A stretch of 64,000 nucleotides of DNA from Convolutriloba macropyga (lineage: Eukaryota): assembly GCF_964194025.1 (NCBI RefSeq), contig NC_134482.1, forward strand, positions 2,046,001-2,110,000, read 5' to 3'. Under the pieces are notes generated by a model. That model was given only the letters and a program-made list of their open reading frames with translations. It had not been told where the DNA came from and ran no database searches. Below are positions 25,421 to 39,100 of the stretch, piece by piece. Numbering within the stretch: position 1 is the first letter of the stretch; each line of letters opens with the position of its first letter. Position numbers and translations under genes: made by a program.

Positions 25421-28400
25421 TGAGCACTTTTTACTCACAAGAGCTGAAGAGCCCGGAATTTTTTCTCGTATCAATCATTGGATCTATCAAATAACAATAA
25501 ATTGTTATCAAAAGGCTCTAAAAAACAACAAGAAAAAAGAAAAAAGAAACGAATACAACGTTCTGATGTCTTAAACAAGAAGGTTCGATAATCCGTTTGC
25601 ACATAAGGTTCCAACCCCCTCATCAACATTTTTGGCATCATTGTATACCAAAAGAGGAACAGATAGAAAATATCCAAAAATGCTAGTTTTTTTTAAAAAA
25701 ATTGGTTTATGAACAAACATACGGCCTGCAAGCAAATAATACAATGAACTAAAAATTGCCGCAATAGATTGATAACATCTGGTATTATTAGGGAGGTCAG
25801 TCAAGACAAACAACAGAACCAAACAAAAACAAACATCATTTACATCCAAAGCATAATATTGATTTTAAGATAGCGTCATATAAAACTAGAACTGAACAAA
25901 ATATCTTAAAATTAACTGCAAAAGTATAAAACCAGTACATAATACGGCTCGGTTACAAATAGACAAAAAACAGCCCGAAAAAGTTAATAAATTAGCTTAT
26001 ATTTTTAAAAACAGTTAATTTCAAAGTAATGAAAACCATTAGATATCGACTGAAAACATCCGAAAGATTTATTATCAGTTTTTCATCATGTTTTTCATAT
26101 TGATTTATATAGAAGGGCATTCAGATCTGTCTTTATTCAATTTTTTATGCGGTTACAAAAAGAAAAACAAATAGAGACAACAAACAAACACTCAAATGAA
26201 ACATGCGAGAAAACGCTGCCAAACCCGTAAATCCATATTTTGCCCCTCGATTGCACCTTCCTTGGATGCCAATAATGTGGTATGTGACCAGTAATTAATG
26301 AGAATAGCTAAAAAGTTGACAAAAAAGTGAAAAAGGGGTAAAATTAAGGAACAATTTGATATTTTTCGAAAACATTTGTTTTCAAAGTCATGAAAGCCAT
26401 TAGCCACAATATGAAATCCTTAAATAAGTTCGTTTAATCGCCCGAAGGCACACGCTGAGAACTGTAGTTTTTCACAATATGTACGTTTACAAAAAAAGGT
26501 CAAATATAGACAAAAGTCCCAACGTTTCGAAGCCATTATAGTCATAACGAATACTTTGAAAATTTGAGAGTAATTTGAAAATAAATTTTGAATAATTTTA
26601 AAATATTTTGGCGCCTTCTCCTGACGCCAAAAATATCATGTGTGAGCTGTAATAAACGAGACTACGTAAAAAAACACACACAAAAAAGAACAAAAAAGCG
26701 AAGTTAAAAATCTATCAGCTTTCTATTCAAATCAGAGTATATGCCCATCTAATCCTTCACAAATAAAAATTGAGGTCTGTCATTTTCCAGGACGTTTTAT
26801 GCGACTAGCAGACAAAGTGGAAACGACAGTTGAATATAAAATAAAGAAAGCTCAATTGGTCCGAGAATATGATGTCGAAGCAGTTAAAACCATAATCTGT
26901 ATCTTTAAGGATTTTGATATGTTCAATTGTGCCGTATTTTCGACGCCAGTAATGCGTTATTTGAAACTTGAATAATATGATCTAGTTGAAAAACGAGAAA
27001 ATGCGTGAAAAATTGACAACCGCATAAAAACAAAAAAGTTGAGAATTACGGTAATATCAAAGCCAGAAAACCATAACTTAACGCGTAAAACCGCAATAGA
27101 GGTTAAATTGTAACTCCGTTTAAAGAACAAGCATTCTCTCTCTGCTGACAATAAGCTACAAATTGACCAAGTCAAGCGAAAAATAGTGGCAAAATTCGAA
27201 AAATCATTGTTTATTATACATCAAATAATTTTAAAAGCCAAAACGACCAAAAGGTTTTGAGTTAAAAACTAGAAACTTTAATTTGAAACCACTTAAAAAG
27301 ACGATTGTACCTAGCACGAGTTAACATTGATTTCAATTGTTCTGTTCACTAATTATCGTAAAAAGGTCAATTTTTTTAAGAAAAGACCGACTAATTACAA
27401 TAAGAATTATTTTTGGATTGTAACAGTCCAAGATTGGAATCAAACCAGCCTTGCTTTTGCCGTTTGTCCATTAAGAACTCTTAATTGTTTCAGATATTAT
27501 AGATAAAGATTATTGGTCAGTTAAAAAGTCGTAAACGAAAGCTGCGTTTTCGATAATCATAGAGAAAATTTATCAAAAAATGATAGAACTTTAATTACAG
27601 AGCACTATTAATGGGAGAGGAGTTGACAAAGAATGTGTTATTTTTGGGCATGATCTTCCGGAAAAACTATTCAAAGTGGATCAAAGAGGATTATTTTGTG
27701 CAATTTTTGATGAAAAATGATGAATTTTCAAATATTTAGCCAAAGTTTTAGGTCTTTGAAAATCAAATAAAGAAAATTATTGTTAATTATAACATATTTT
27801 AGAGAAATTTACTAAATTTTAGGCAAAGCTTCCAGAAAATGCAAATAAAAATAAACCAAATCAGTCTCAATATTCAAAAAAACTTAAACCTCGATAACTC
27901 ACTCGCTCTAGAAAACGAAAATCTTTTTAATTCCATATTCTACGCTGGATGAGCTTTTTAATGATACCACTCACAGCTCTCTACGATGAATATATCGACC
28001 GATTAGTCAATAGGCACAGTTGCAGCGCAAAGACTTTAGAACTTTTTTGTTAACGACTGTTTTCAATGCTCTCATTGCTTCAATTGCTCGTTTCAGATTC
28101 AAGCTTTTATTTAATCATCTTTTTAACAATTTTAATTACTCCTCAAAACGTTTCCATCGCGATTGAAATATATTTTAGAAATTTGGATTTTTTAACCTTT
28201 TTGTCTACTCGTAGTTTGAAATATGTAGCTACAAACCATTTGATGAAAATAGTACATTCTAGGGGCACAGCTGTTGTTTTGACCAAGAATCAGAACAGCT
28301 CACGCAGACTGAAGAAGTTAAGTAAAACTTTCCTATACTCTTCTCTTATACAGTTTCATTCGATGAGGTCTTGATTTTTTTTCAGAGGGAAAATGAATTC

Positions 28401-29670
28401 TTGCAATCTGCGTGGTCTCCATTATCAAATAATCTTGGTTTATATTGATCTAAAATTTAAATGTTTGCTGATTATTTCTTATTGCCATTCTTAATGTTTT
28501 CTCCGATCTCTGACGTTTCTTCCTCTCCCCCTCAGCCTTTTAACTCTCGTTTTTAATGCGATCGGTATTCTTGTTTATTTGAAACCAGTTTCCGAGATGA
28601 TATTTTGGTTAGGGGGAAAATACACTATCGTACGAAAAAGCTAAGTACACCTAAAGAATTTTAGAAAAGCGTCACTAACGTTAAAAGATAGCCGCTATGT
28701 TCATACCGCTAAGTTTATCAGAAGAAATTATTACCAACAACCTTCAAACAAAGCAATACATAATTTTACGTCATATTTCACAAGTTAGCGCGAATATAAC
28801 GTTTTGAGCAAAAATAACGCTTAAAGATCACAAATTGTGCTGTTCCTAGCTTTTTGGTACCGTAGTGTGTGTGAGCAAATTGATGATTAATTTCTAACAC
28901 TCAGCTATGAATCTTTCAGGATCCTGGGGAGAAAGAGATTACGCTGATTCATTAATGAATTGAACTTCGTGTCAGGAGGTGCAAGGTTCTTTCAAGTCTC
29001 TTGCAGACACCTCGCTGATCGTTTACAATATATATTGCTCAATAGTTCCATTTTTACTGTGGTATCTTCAATTGATGGATTTTGAATGATAAAAAATATA
29101 TTACAAAAACCTTCCTACTATGCAGTTACAGCTCTTTAACATTTTTTCTCCGTCAAAAAAATTTATTGGGCTCATTTTTTAACTTCCAGCGTTTGTCAAA
29201 CAAGATCCCCTTCTATAATAAGACGGTTCTCAGTACAACCTGGCAGAAAAGAAAACGGTTTTCTTGCAATAATAAGACAGTTACTTTGAAGGATATTATG
29301 CCAATTGCCAGAGTTTTGCAGGACTTGAATACCCTTGCGAGATAATTATCGTTTTTTGATTAAAGCTAACTGTGGTGGGCTATTCGATACCAATTGTACC
29401 CTTACAAACGTGTGAAAAGATCAATCATAATTATTGGTATTCCTCCAGGTGAAGGAGGGTGGATGCCGTTTCACCTTTTCCAAATGTTTTAGAACAAATA
29501 AATAAATTTGGCAACCGAATTAAGTTTCGGGTCTTCTTTCATAGTCTCGAAATATTAATTGAAGCTCGAAAACAAAATGTAAGACTGACTTGAATTCATT
29601 GAAATTACTTGATATTTAGGTTTGGTATTACCAAAAATGTACGCGATTATACTGTTGATCATAACTTTGC

Positions 29671-29880
29671 TGCGGAATCTTCTGGAGATTTTCATCTTCC
29701 CCAGGATGAGGTGCACAACCCAAGCCAGCTCTGATCAGACTAAGGGTAGGGTCGTGTACAAGGGTGAACCGCGACGCTTCCGCAGACTGTGGCAGGACTA
29801 CCTACCCCGTGCGCGTTCAAGTTGGTCAGATCAGAGCTGGCTTGGGTCGCACACCTCATCCATCGCGACCAAATTCCGCA
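29671..29880. other. GC-rich long hairpin / inverted-repeat element (structured RNA or MITE)
   Basis: 37-bp arms 29704-29740 and 29825-29861 (33/37 complementary), inner gggtagg/cctaccc stem, outer tgcggaat/attccgca pair. Confidence 0.85.
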
Positions 29881-30949
29881 AGGGGGAATTAAATTCATGG
29901 AAATATCATACGCGTAATTATCATCAACTGACAAAATCAAGCGTTTTTTTTTGCTTTATGTACCCAGAATTGGGAATAAAATATTATGATTCATTTTGAT
30001 CGCTAATAGTTTGACACATGGATCCGTACTTTAATATAAGTATCTTCTAACACCGATTGGTACTACTGGAGCTGCCATTTGAATTGTAGACAATTCAAGT
30101 AATGTCGATGCACCAAAAAATATGTGTCCTCCATCATCTTTATCACTTTGATCAGCTTGTGGAGTCTCTTCAGGAGGATGCCTTATATATGGTTCTGGTC
30201 CCACTTTTGCTCAGTTTGTCAGTCATCTTTACATTACCACGGAAAATCCTGAACACTTAACATGGAAAAACCACCTAATAAAACATGCTGAATTGAACTT
30301 CCGGCTTCGGACTTTTCAGCAGAATGAAAATTTGTCGCAAACGCTGTCGTGATTTTTTATCGTAAAAAACCAGCAGTTTTTTTTGCAGCACGGGCAGAGT
30401 AAACATCGTATTTTTTGCTCACTTTTTTTAAATACGGCAATGCGTTGAAAAAAATGAAAAAGATGCGATCAATGCGTCGATGTTTGAAAAATTTCAGCTC
30501 GAAAACAATATAATAATAGCGCTGAGTAATAATACAGTTTGTATTATACAAAATTCGTACGTGACACACACTAAGTCGATCCAATCTCGTTGAATTAAAA
30601 TGAAGAAAATAATTTTAAGAGTGAGGAAGTCATTTTTGAGAAAGAGGGAAGTCACGTGTGACCAAAACTTAATCAGACAAATGGACAAAAAAACTCGATC
30701 CACTAAGAGTAAAAAATGACGTCACACACGCATTTCACTATCACAGTGCGGGTATTAATGATACAAACTTTTTGGCTTACTTTTCTAAAAATCAAGATAC
30801 AGCAGAATGAATAAAGTTGAATCACGAGGCGATTCCTAGCTGTCTGCACATGCAAAGGGTAGCAAATATTAAAATTTAAAAGTGTAGCAAATATCAAAAT
30901 ATCAAAGTGTAGCAGTGTAGCAATTACCAAAACATCAAAGAAATGGTAG

Positions 30950-31900
30950 GAATTTTGTTAAAGTGGGATACTGTTAAGAAAATGTTGTTTAGAGGCAGAC
31001 AGAGCTAAAGGTGAAAACCTCCTAATAGACGAGCACTGGAACAATATGGGTTACAGGTTTGAAGAAAAGATCAAATCAAGGATAGCTGGTTTGATCGAGG
31101 ATGCTCCATCAGATTTTATAAATAGCAAGATCTTGAAAACCGCTTTTTATACGTCAGTGAGGAAAGCCAGCGTGTTGCGAAGACGGAGTATAATCTGCAA
31201 AAATAATTATTGCGAGAGAGACCGATCAGGAGAACTTATTTGATCTGCTTGCACCCGGAACAGTGATCGAATCGACACAATGACATCAAAGACTCTTGGA
31301 CCAAGAGGGCCGGAGGAAAAGTGACCAAATGCGGCCATTTCAGGGTCAGAAACAGTAACCTAGCCATCTATGCTCATAGATAACAGGACTATAACGTCAA
31401 GAAATCGAGGGAAAATAATCTTGACACATTCGATGGATCTGTGAAAGATACTGTCACGGGAACTTCTTCTAAAACGCCACAAACAAAGTAGTATTTCATC
31501 TAAGGCTACACAATTCATGGCAAAAAGATCGCTGTACAGATGGTATTGCAGATTAGAAAACTCCAAGTTGAAGAGGGTGAAGTGCTACTATGACGACAGT
31601 CAGATCATAACTATCAGGAAATATCGAGTATCGGATCATCCCGTAACAGTCACTCATTCCATGTAATCAGTGAGAGTAATTATCCATTAAAGGATCACCC
31701 AATATTCAACTATCCTCAAATTAATCAGTACAATGAGGAAACGCTTACATTCTCCAAACATCAGGCAAGTCCATGGACCAAATTTCTTTGGATTTGGCCA
31801 AAAATCGACAAGTCCAAACAATCAAACAGGTCACAAAGACGCAATCTGGTAAGAAAAAGATTGATAAAATTCTCAGTACAAGCTACTTAGATGATGCGTA
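30950..31900 (+). pseudogene. Possible very old LTR-retrotransposon pol/integrase remnant
   Basis: Purine-rich coding-like tract with broken frames and only weak integrase-like words (e.g. LGPRGPEEK near 31300). Confidence 0.25.
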
Positions 31901-33189
31901 AACCCCACTGCCACCGGCCAAGTTGTCAATAATCGAGTGGGTCAAATTGGCAATAAGCGGTCTCAACGCGACCATGTAGCCACCTCCAGTGTACGAACAG
32001 GACAGAAGACAGCACGTGCAGCACGTCATCGATTTCAGCGGACCTGTAAATGTCAGAGAGAACACTGCAGGTGACGAAGAACCTAATTTTCTGGAGGTGT
32101 CGAAATTTCTTCAGCTCTCGAGGTTGAACGAGACGTTAGCCTCGAGGCAGTGTTTTACTGAAGAAGATACAGCGATACTCAAAATCAAACATTGAGAAAG
32201 AAACTTTGAAAATTTTTAAAAAGCTTAATTATTATATGACTCCACCAGCGGTGCCTTCTCTTACTTATGCGTATAGTACTTCTCTTCTTAAAATTGCTTG
32301 AAATTTGGAATCATGACGTCACTAATGCATCAGCAGAGCTGTTGGAACTAAAATCCTACCCCAAAGCCCAGCCAAGTCCAGACGAAAGGGATTTAAATCA
32401 TTCAGTGGCAAAAAGAAGACGATCCACTAGACTATTGCACGCAAGTCTTCTCTAGAAGACAAACTAGTCCAAGACCTCTTCGACGCTAAGACGGAAAAAA
32501 TGTTTTAAACGTAAACCTTACATTGAAATAAATACCCCCTCAATGAATACCCTCTTCTGTAGAGAGTCGCTTTCATCGAAAACAGCAGGTTGAATTATGC
32601 TACCACTCGAAAGAGGTTGAAACCAACGCAAAACAAGGTCGAACGAAGCGAACCAGTGAAGTCAGTTCAGTATTCAAGACAAACCAAAAGAAATGCAAAA
32701 GAAACCAAGCTGAAAACAACAGTGAACATTCACAATAAAGGACCAACTCTTTGCAGAATGCTGATTCCTGTACTGCCCGGATCAAGTTATTTGTAGCAAA
32801 ATTTTGTGCAGAGAAGAAAGAAAGAAAACAATATCAACAAGTAACAAATCCCTTTCTTAATTTGTGCGGCCAAGAGAATTTTCTGAAATTTTGGGACTTC
32901 ATGAGACCTAAGAAGCCATTAGATACCGTTTTTGAGGAGATTAGAATAGTAAATCAAAACAATATATCTCCTAGGGAGAGTGATAACGGCAAAAAGGGAT
33001 AAAAATTCCCATCCTTAGCGCAAAAGAGTTTGATGACCATCCTTTTGCACCTTACAGAAGGGGCGTCCTATTACGACTTCGAAACGTTTAAAACAGTAAC
33101 CTACCCCGAAAATGAAACAGTAAAACTAAAAGTTATCTTATGTCTGAGAGACCACCCGGGTCGAATGTCCTCCATAAAATCCTCCCCAT

Positions 33190-36100
33190 TTTGATGTAAG
33201 AGTGGGGGGGGGGGGTAATTTGTCTATGGGGGTAAATTGATGTAAGAGTGTGGGGGTAATTTGTTCAGAGAGGGTAAAATAATGTAAGAGTTGGGCTGCA
33301 ATGGGAGGACTTTTCAGGAATTACCCCCCTGACTAAAATTGCTATGTAAGAGTGGGCTGCAATGGGCTGCAATGGGAGGACTTTTCAGGATTTACCCCCC
33401 TCACTGAAATTGCCATGTAAGAGTGAGCTGCAATGGGCTGCAATGGGAGGACTTTCCAGGAATTTCCCCCTGACTGAAATTGCCATGTAAGAGTGGGCTG
33501 CAATGGGCTGCAATGGGAGGACTTTTCAGGAATTACCCCATCCATGACTGAAATTGCAATGTAAGAGTGGGCCGCAATGGACTGCAATGGGAGGACTTTT
33601 CAGGAATTACCCCTCTCCACCCTGATTGAAATTCAGAGGGGGTAAAATGATGAAAGAGTTGGGCTGCCAAGGGGGGTAAAATGGTGTAAGAGTGAGGGGG
33701 TTTTTGTCGAGAGAGAGTAAAATAATGTAAGAGTTGGGCTGCCAAGGGGGGTAAAATGTTGTAAGAGTGAGGGGGTAACTTGTTTAGAGGGGGTAAAATA
33801 ATGTAATAGTTGGGCTGCAAAGGGGGATAAGATGTTGTAAGAGTGAGGGGTTAATTTGCACAGAGGGGGTTTAATGATGTAAGAGTTGGGCTGCCAGGAG
33901 GGTAAAATGGTGTAAGAGTGAGGGGGTAATTTGTCCAGAGAGGGTAAAATGATGTAAGAATTGGGCTGCCATGGGGGTAAAATGGTGTAGGAGTGAGGAG
34001 GTAATTTGTCCAGAGAGGGTAAAATGATGTAAGAGTTGGGCTGCCAAGGGGGGGGGGTAAAATTTTGTAAGAGTGAGGCGGTAATTTGTTCAGAGGGGGT
34101 AAAATGATTTAATAGTTGGGCTGCCAAGGGGGATATAATGGTGTAAGAGCGAGCGGGTAATTTGTTCAGAGGGGGTAAAATAATGTAAGAGTTGGGCTGC
34201 CAAGGGGGATAAAATGGTGTAAGAGTGAGGGGGTTTTTGTCGAGAGGGAGTAAAATAATGTAAAAGTTGGGCTGACAAGGGGGGGTAAAATGTTGTAAGG
34301 GTGAGGGGTTAACTTGTTTAGAGGGGGTAAAATGATGTAATAGTTGGGCTGCAAAGGGGGATAAGTTGTTGTAAGAGTGAGGGGTTAATTTGCACAGAGG
34401 GGGTTTAATGATGTAAGAGTTGGGCTGCCAGGGGGTTAAAATGGTGTAAGAGTGAGGGGGTAATTTGTCCAGAGAGGTTAAAATGATGTAAGAGTTGAGC
34501 TGCCAAGGGGGGGGGGGTAAAATTTTGTAAGAGTGAGGCGGTAATTTGTTCAGAGGGGGTAAAATGATTTAATAGTTGGGCTGCCATGGGGGTAAAATGG
34601 TGTAAGAGTGAGGAGGTAATTTGTCCAGAGAGGGTAAAATGATGTAAGAGTTGGGCTGCCAAGGGGGGGGGGGGGGGGTAAAATTTTGTAAGAGTGAGGC
34701 GGTAATTTGTTCAGAGGGGGTAAAATGATTTAATAGTTGGGCTGCCAAGGGGGATATAATGGTGTAAGAGCGAGCGGGTAATTTGTTCAGAGGGGGTAAA
34801 ATAATGTAAGAGTTGGGCTGCCAAGGGGGATAAAATGGTGTAAGAGTGAGGGGGTTTTTGTCGAGAGAGAGTAAAATAATGTAAGAGTTGGGCTGCCAAG
34901 GGGGGTAAAATGTTGTAAGAGTGAGGGGGTAACTTGTTTAGAGGGTGTAAAATAATGTAATAGTTGGGCTGCAAAGGGGGGTAAGATGTTGTAAGAGTGA
35001 GGGGTTAATTTGCACAGAGGGGGTTTAATGATGTAAGAATTGGGCTGCCAGGAGGGTAAAATGGTGTAAGAGTGAGGGGGTAACTTGTCCAGAGAGGGTA
35101 AAATGATGTAAGAATTGGGCTGCCATGGGGGTAAAATGGTGTAAGAGTGAGGAGGTAATTTGTCCAGAGAGGGTAAAATGATGTAAGAGTTGGGCTGCCA
35201 AGGGGGGGGGGGGGTAAAATTTTGTAAGAGTGAGGCGGTAATTTGTTCAGAGGGGGTAAAATGATTTAACAGTTGGGCTGCCAAGGGGGATATAATGGTG
35301 TAAGAGCGAGCGGGTAATTTGTTCAGAGGGGGTAAAATAATGTAAGAGTCGGGCTGCCAAGGGGGGTAAAATGGTGTAAGAGTAAGGGGGTAATTTGTTC
35401 AGAGGGGGTAAAATGATGTAAGGGCTGGGCTGCCAAGGGGGGTAAAATGGTGTAAGAGTGAGGGGGTAACTTGTTTAGAGGGGGTAAAATAATTTAATAG
35501 TTGGGCTGCAAAGGGGGATAAGATGTTGTAAGAGTGAGGGGTTAATTTGCACAGAGGGGGTTTAATGATGTAAGAGTTGGGCTGCCAGGAGGGTAAAATG
35601 GTGTAAGAGTGAGGGGGTAATTTGTCCAGAGAGGGTAAAATGATGTCAGAATTGGGCTGCCATGGGGGTAAAATGGTGTAAGAGTGAGGAGGTAATTTGT
35701 CCAGAGAGGGTAAAATGATGTAAGAGTTGGGCTGCCAAGGGGGGGGGGGGTAAAATTTTGTAAGAGTGAGGCGGTAATTTGTTCAGAGGGGGTAAAATGA
35801 TTTAATAGTTGGGCTGCCAAGGGGGATACAATGGTGTAAGAGCGAGCGGGTAATTTGTTCAGAGGGGGTAAAATAATGTAAGAGTTGGGCTGCCAAGGGG
35901 GATAAAATGGTGTAAGAGTGAGGGGGTTTTTGTCGAGAGGGAGTAAAATAATGTAAGAGTTGGGCTGCCAAGGGGGGTAAAATGTTGTAAGGGTGAGGGG
36001 TTAACTTGTTTAGAGGGGGTAAAATGATGTAATAGTTGGGCTGCAAAGGGGGATAAGTTGTTGTAAGAGTGAGGGGTTAATTTGCACAGAGGGGGTTTAA

Positions 36101-39100
36101 TGATGTAAGAGTTGGGCTGCCAGGGGGTTAAAATGGTGTAAGAGTGAGGGGGTAATTTGTCCAGAGGGGGTAAAATGATGTAAGGGCTGGGCTGCCAAGG
36201 GGGGTAAAATGGTGTAAGAGTGAGGGGGTAACTTGTTTAGAGGGGGTAAAATAATTTAATAGTTGGGCTGCAAAGGGGGATAAGATGTTGTAAGAGTGAG
36301 GGGTTAATTTGCACAGAGGGGGTTTAATGATGTAAGAGTTGGGCTGCCAGGAGGGTAAAATGGTGTAAGAGTGAGGGGGTAATTTGTCCAGAGAGGGTAA
36401 AATGATGTCAGAATTGGGCTGCCATGGGGGTAAAATGGTGTAAGAGTGAGGAGGTAATTTGTCCAGAGAGGGTAAAATGATGTAAGAGTTGGGCTGCCAA
36501 GGGGGGGGGGGTAAAATTTTGTAAGAGTGAGGCGGTAATTTGTTCAGAGGGGGTAAAATGATTTAATAGTTGGGCTGCCAAGGGGGATACAATGGTGTAA
36601 GAGCGAGCGGGTAATTTGTTCAGAGGGGGTAAAATAATGTAAGAGTTGGGCTGCCAAGGGGGATAAAATGGTGTAAGAGTGAGGGGGTTTTTGTCGAGAG
36701 GGAGTAAAATAATGTAAGAGTTGGGCTGCCAAGGGGGGTAAAATGTTGTAAGGGTGAGGGGTTAACTTGTTTAGAGGGGGTAAAATGATGTAATAGTTGG
36801 GCTGCAAAGGGGGATAAGTTGTTGTAAGAGTGAGGGGTTAATTTGCACAGAGGGGGTTTAATGATGTAAGAGTTGGGCTGCCAGGGGGTTAAAATGTTGT
36901 AAGAGTGAGGGGTTAATTTGTCCAGAGAGGGTAAAATGATGTAAGAGTTGAGCTGCCAAGGGGGTAAAATGGTGTAAGAGTGAGGGGGTTATTTGTTCAG
37001 AGGGGGTTTGAATATGTAAGAGTTGGGCTGCCAAGGGGGGTAAAATGGTGTAAGAGTGAGGGGGTATATTTGTCCAGAGAGGGTAAAATGATGTAAGAGT
37101 TGGGCTGCAAAGGGGGGTAAAATTTTGTAAGAGTGAGGCGATAATTTGTTCAGAGGGGGTAAAATTATGTAATAGTTGGGCTGCCAAGGGGGATAAAATG
37201 GTGTGAGAGCGAGCGGGTAATTTGTCCAGAGGGGGGGAAAATGAGCTAAGAGTTGAGCTGCCAAGGGGGATAAAATGGTGTAAGAGTGAGGGGTAATGTG
37301 TTCAGAGGGGGTAAAATGATGTAAGATTTGGGCTGCCAAGAGGGGTAAAATGGTGTAAGAGTGGGGGGGTAATTTGTCGAGAGGTGGTAAAACAATGTAA
37401 TAGTTGGGCTGCCAAGGGTGAAGGAATGGTGTAAGAGCGAGGGGGTAATTTGTCCAGAGGGCGTTACATGAGCTAAGATTTGAGCTGCCAAGGGGGGTAC
37501 AATGGTGTAAGAGTGAGTGGGTAATTTGTTCAGAGGGGGTAAAATGATGTAAGAGTCGGGCTGCCAAGGGGGTTAAATTGGTGTAAGAGTAAGGGGGTAA
37601 TTTGTCCAGAGGGGGTAAAATGATGTAAGGGTTGGGCTGCCAAGGGGGGTAAAATGGTGTAAGAGTGAGGGGGTAATTTGTTCAGAGGGGGTTTAATGAT
37701 GTAAGAGTTGAGCTGACAAGGGGGGTAAAATGGTGTAAGAGTGAGGGGGTAATTTTTCCAGAGAGGCTAAAATGATGTAAGAGTTGGGCTGCCAAGGGGG
37801 TAAAATGTTATAAGAGTGAGGGGGTAATTTGTTCAGAGTGGGTAAAATGATATAATAGTTGGGCTGCCAAGGGGGATAATATGATGTAAGAGTTAGGGGG
37901 TAAATTGTTCAGAGGGGGTAAAATGATGTAAGAGTTGGGCTGCCAAAAGGTGTAAAATGGTGTAAGAGTGAGGGGGTAATTTGTCCAGAGGCGGTAAAAT
38001 GATGTAATAGTTGGGCTGCCAAGGGTGATAAAATGGTGTAAGAGCGAGGGGGTAATTTGTCCAGACGGTGTAACAAGAGCTAAGATTTGAGCTGCCAAGG
38101 GGGGTAAAATGATGTAAGAGTGAGTGGGTAATTTGTTCAGAGGGGGGAAAAATGATGTAAGAGTCGGGCTGCCAAGGGGGGTAAAATGGTGTAAGAGTAA
38201 GGGCGTAATTTCTACAGAGGGGGTAAAATGATGTAAGGGTTGGGCTGCCAAGGGGGTAAAATGGTGTAAGAGTGAGGGGGTAATTTGTTCAGAGGGGGTA
38301 AAATGATGTAAGAGTTGGGCTGCCAGGGGGGTAAAATGGTGTAAGAGTGAGGGGGTATATTTGTCCAGAGAGGGTAAAATGATGTAAGAGTTGGGCTGCC
38401 AAGAGGGATAAAATGGTGTAAGAGTGGGGGGGGGGGTAATTTGTTGAGAGGTGGTAAAATGATGTAATAGTTGGGCTGCCAAGGGTGATAAAATGGTGTA
38501 AGAGCGAGGGGGTAATTTGTCCAGAGGGTGTAACATGAGCTAAGATTTGAGCTGCCAAGGGGGGTACAATGGTGTGAGAGTGAGTGGGTAATTTGTTCAG
38601 AGGGGGTAAAATGATGTAAGAGTCGGGCTGCCAAGGGGGGTAATTTGGTGTAAGAGTAAGGGGGTATTTTGTCCAGAGGGGGTAAAATGATGTAAGGGTT
38701 GGGCTGCCAAGGGGGGTAAAATGGTGTAAGAGTGAGGGGGTAATTTCTTCAGAGGGGGTTTAATGATGTAAGAGTTGGGCTGCCAAGGGGGGTAAAATGG
38801 TGTAAGAGTGAGGGGTAATTTGTTCAGACGGTGTAACAAGAGCTAAGATTTGAGCTGCCAAGGGGGGTAAAATGATGTAAGAGTGAGTGGGTAATTTGTA
38901 ATTTGTTCAGAGGGGGGAAAAATGATGTAAGAGTCGGGCTGCCAAGGGGGGTAAATTGGTGTAAGAGTAAGGGCGTAATTTCTCCAGAGGGGGTAAAATG
39001 ATGTAAGGGTTGGGCTGCCAAGGGGGTAAAATGGTGTAAGAGTGAGGGGGTAATTTGTTCAGAGGGGGTAAAATGATGTAAGAGTTGGGCTGCCAGGGGG

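Noticed and set aside
25571-25849. 92-aa ORF with a hydrophobic N-terminus
   Set aside because: Non-ATG (TTG) start, T-rich composition explains the hydrophobicity, no recognisable motifs
28380-29350. Possible further LINE remnants
   Set aside because: Only faint motif resemblance (CGIFN near 29060); too decayed to call
29622-29999. 125-aa ORF across the hairpin
   Set aside because: Probably open by chance over a GC-rich palindrome; no domain similarity recognised
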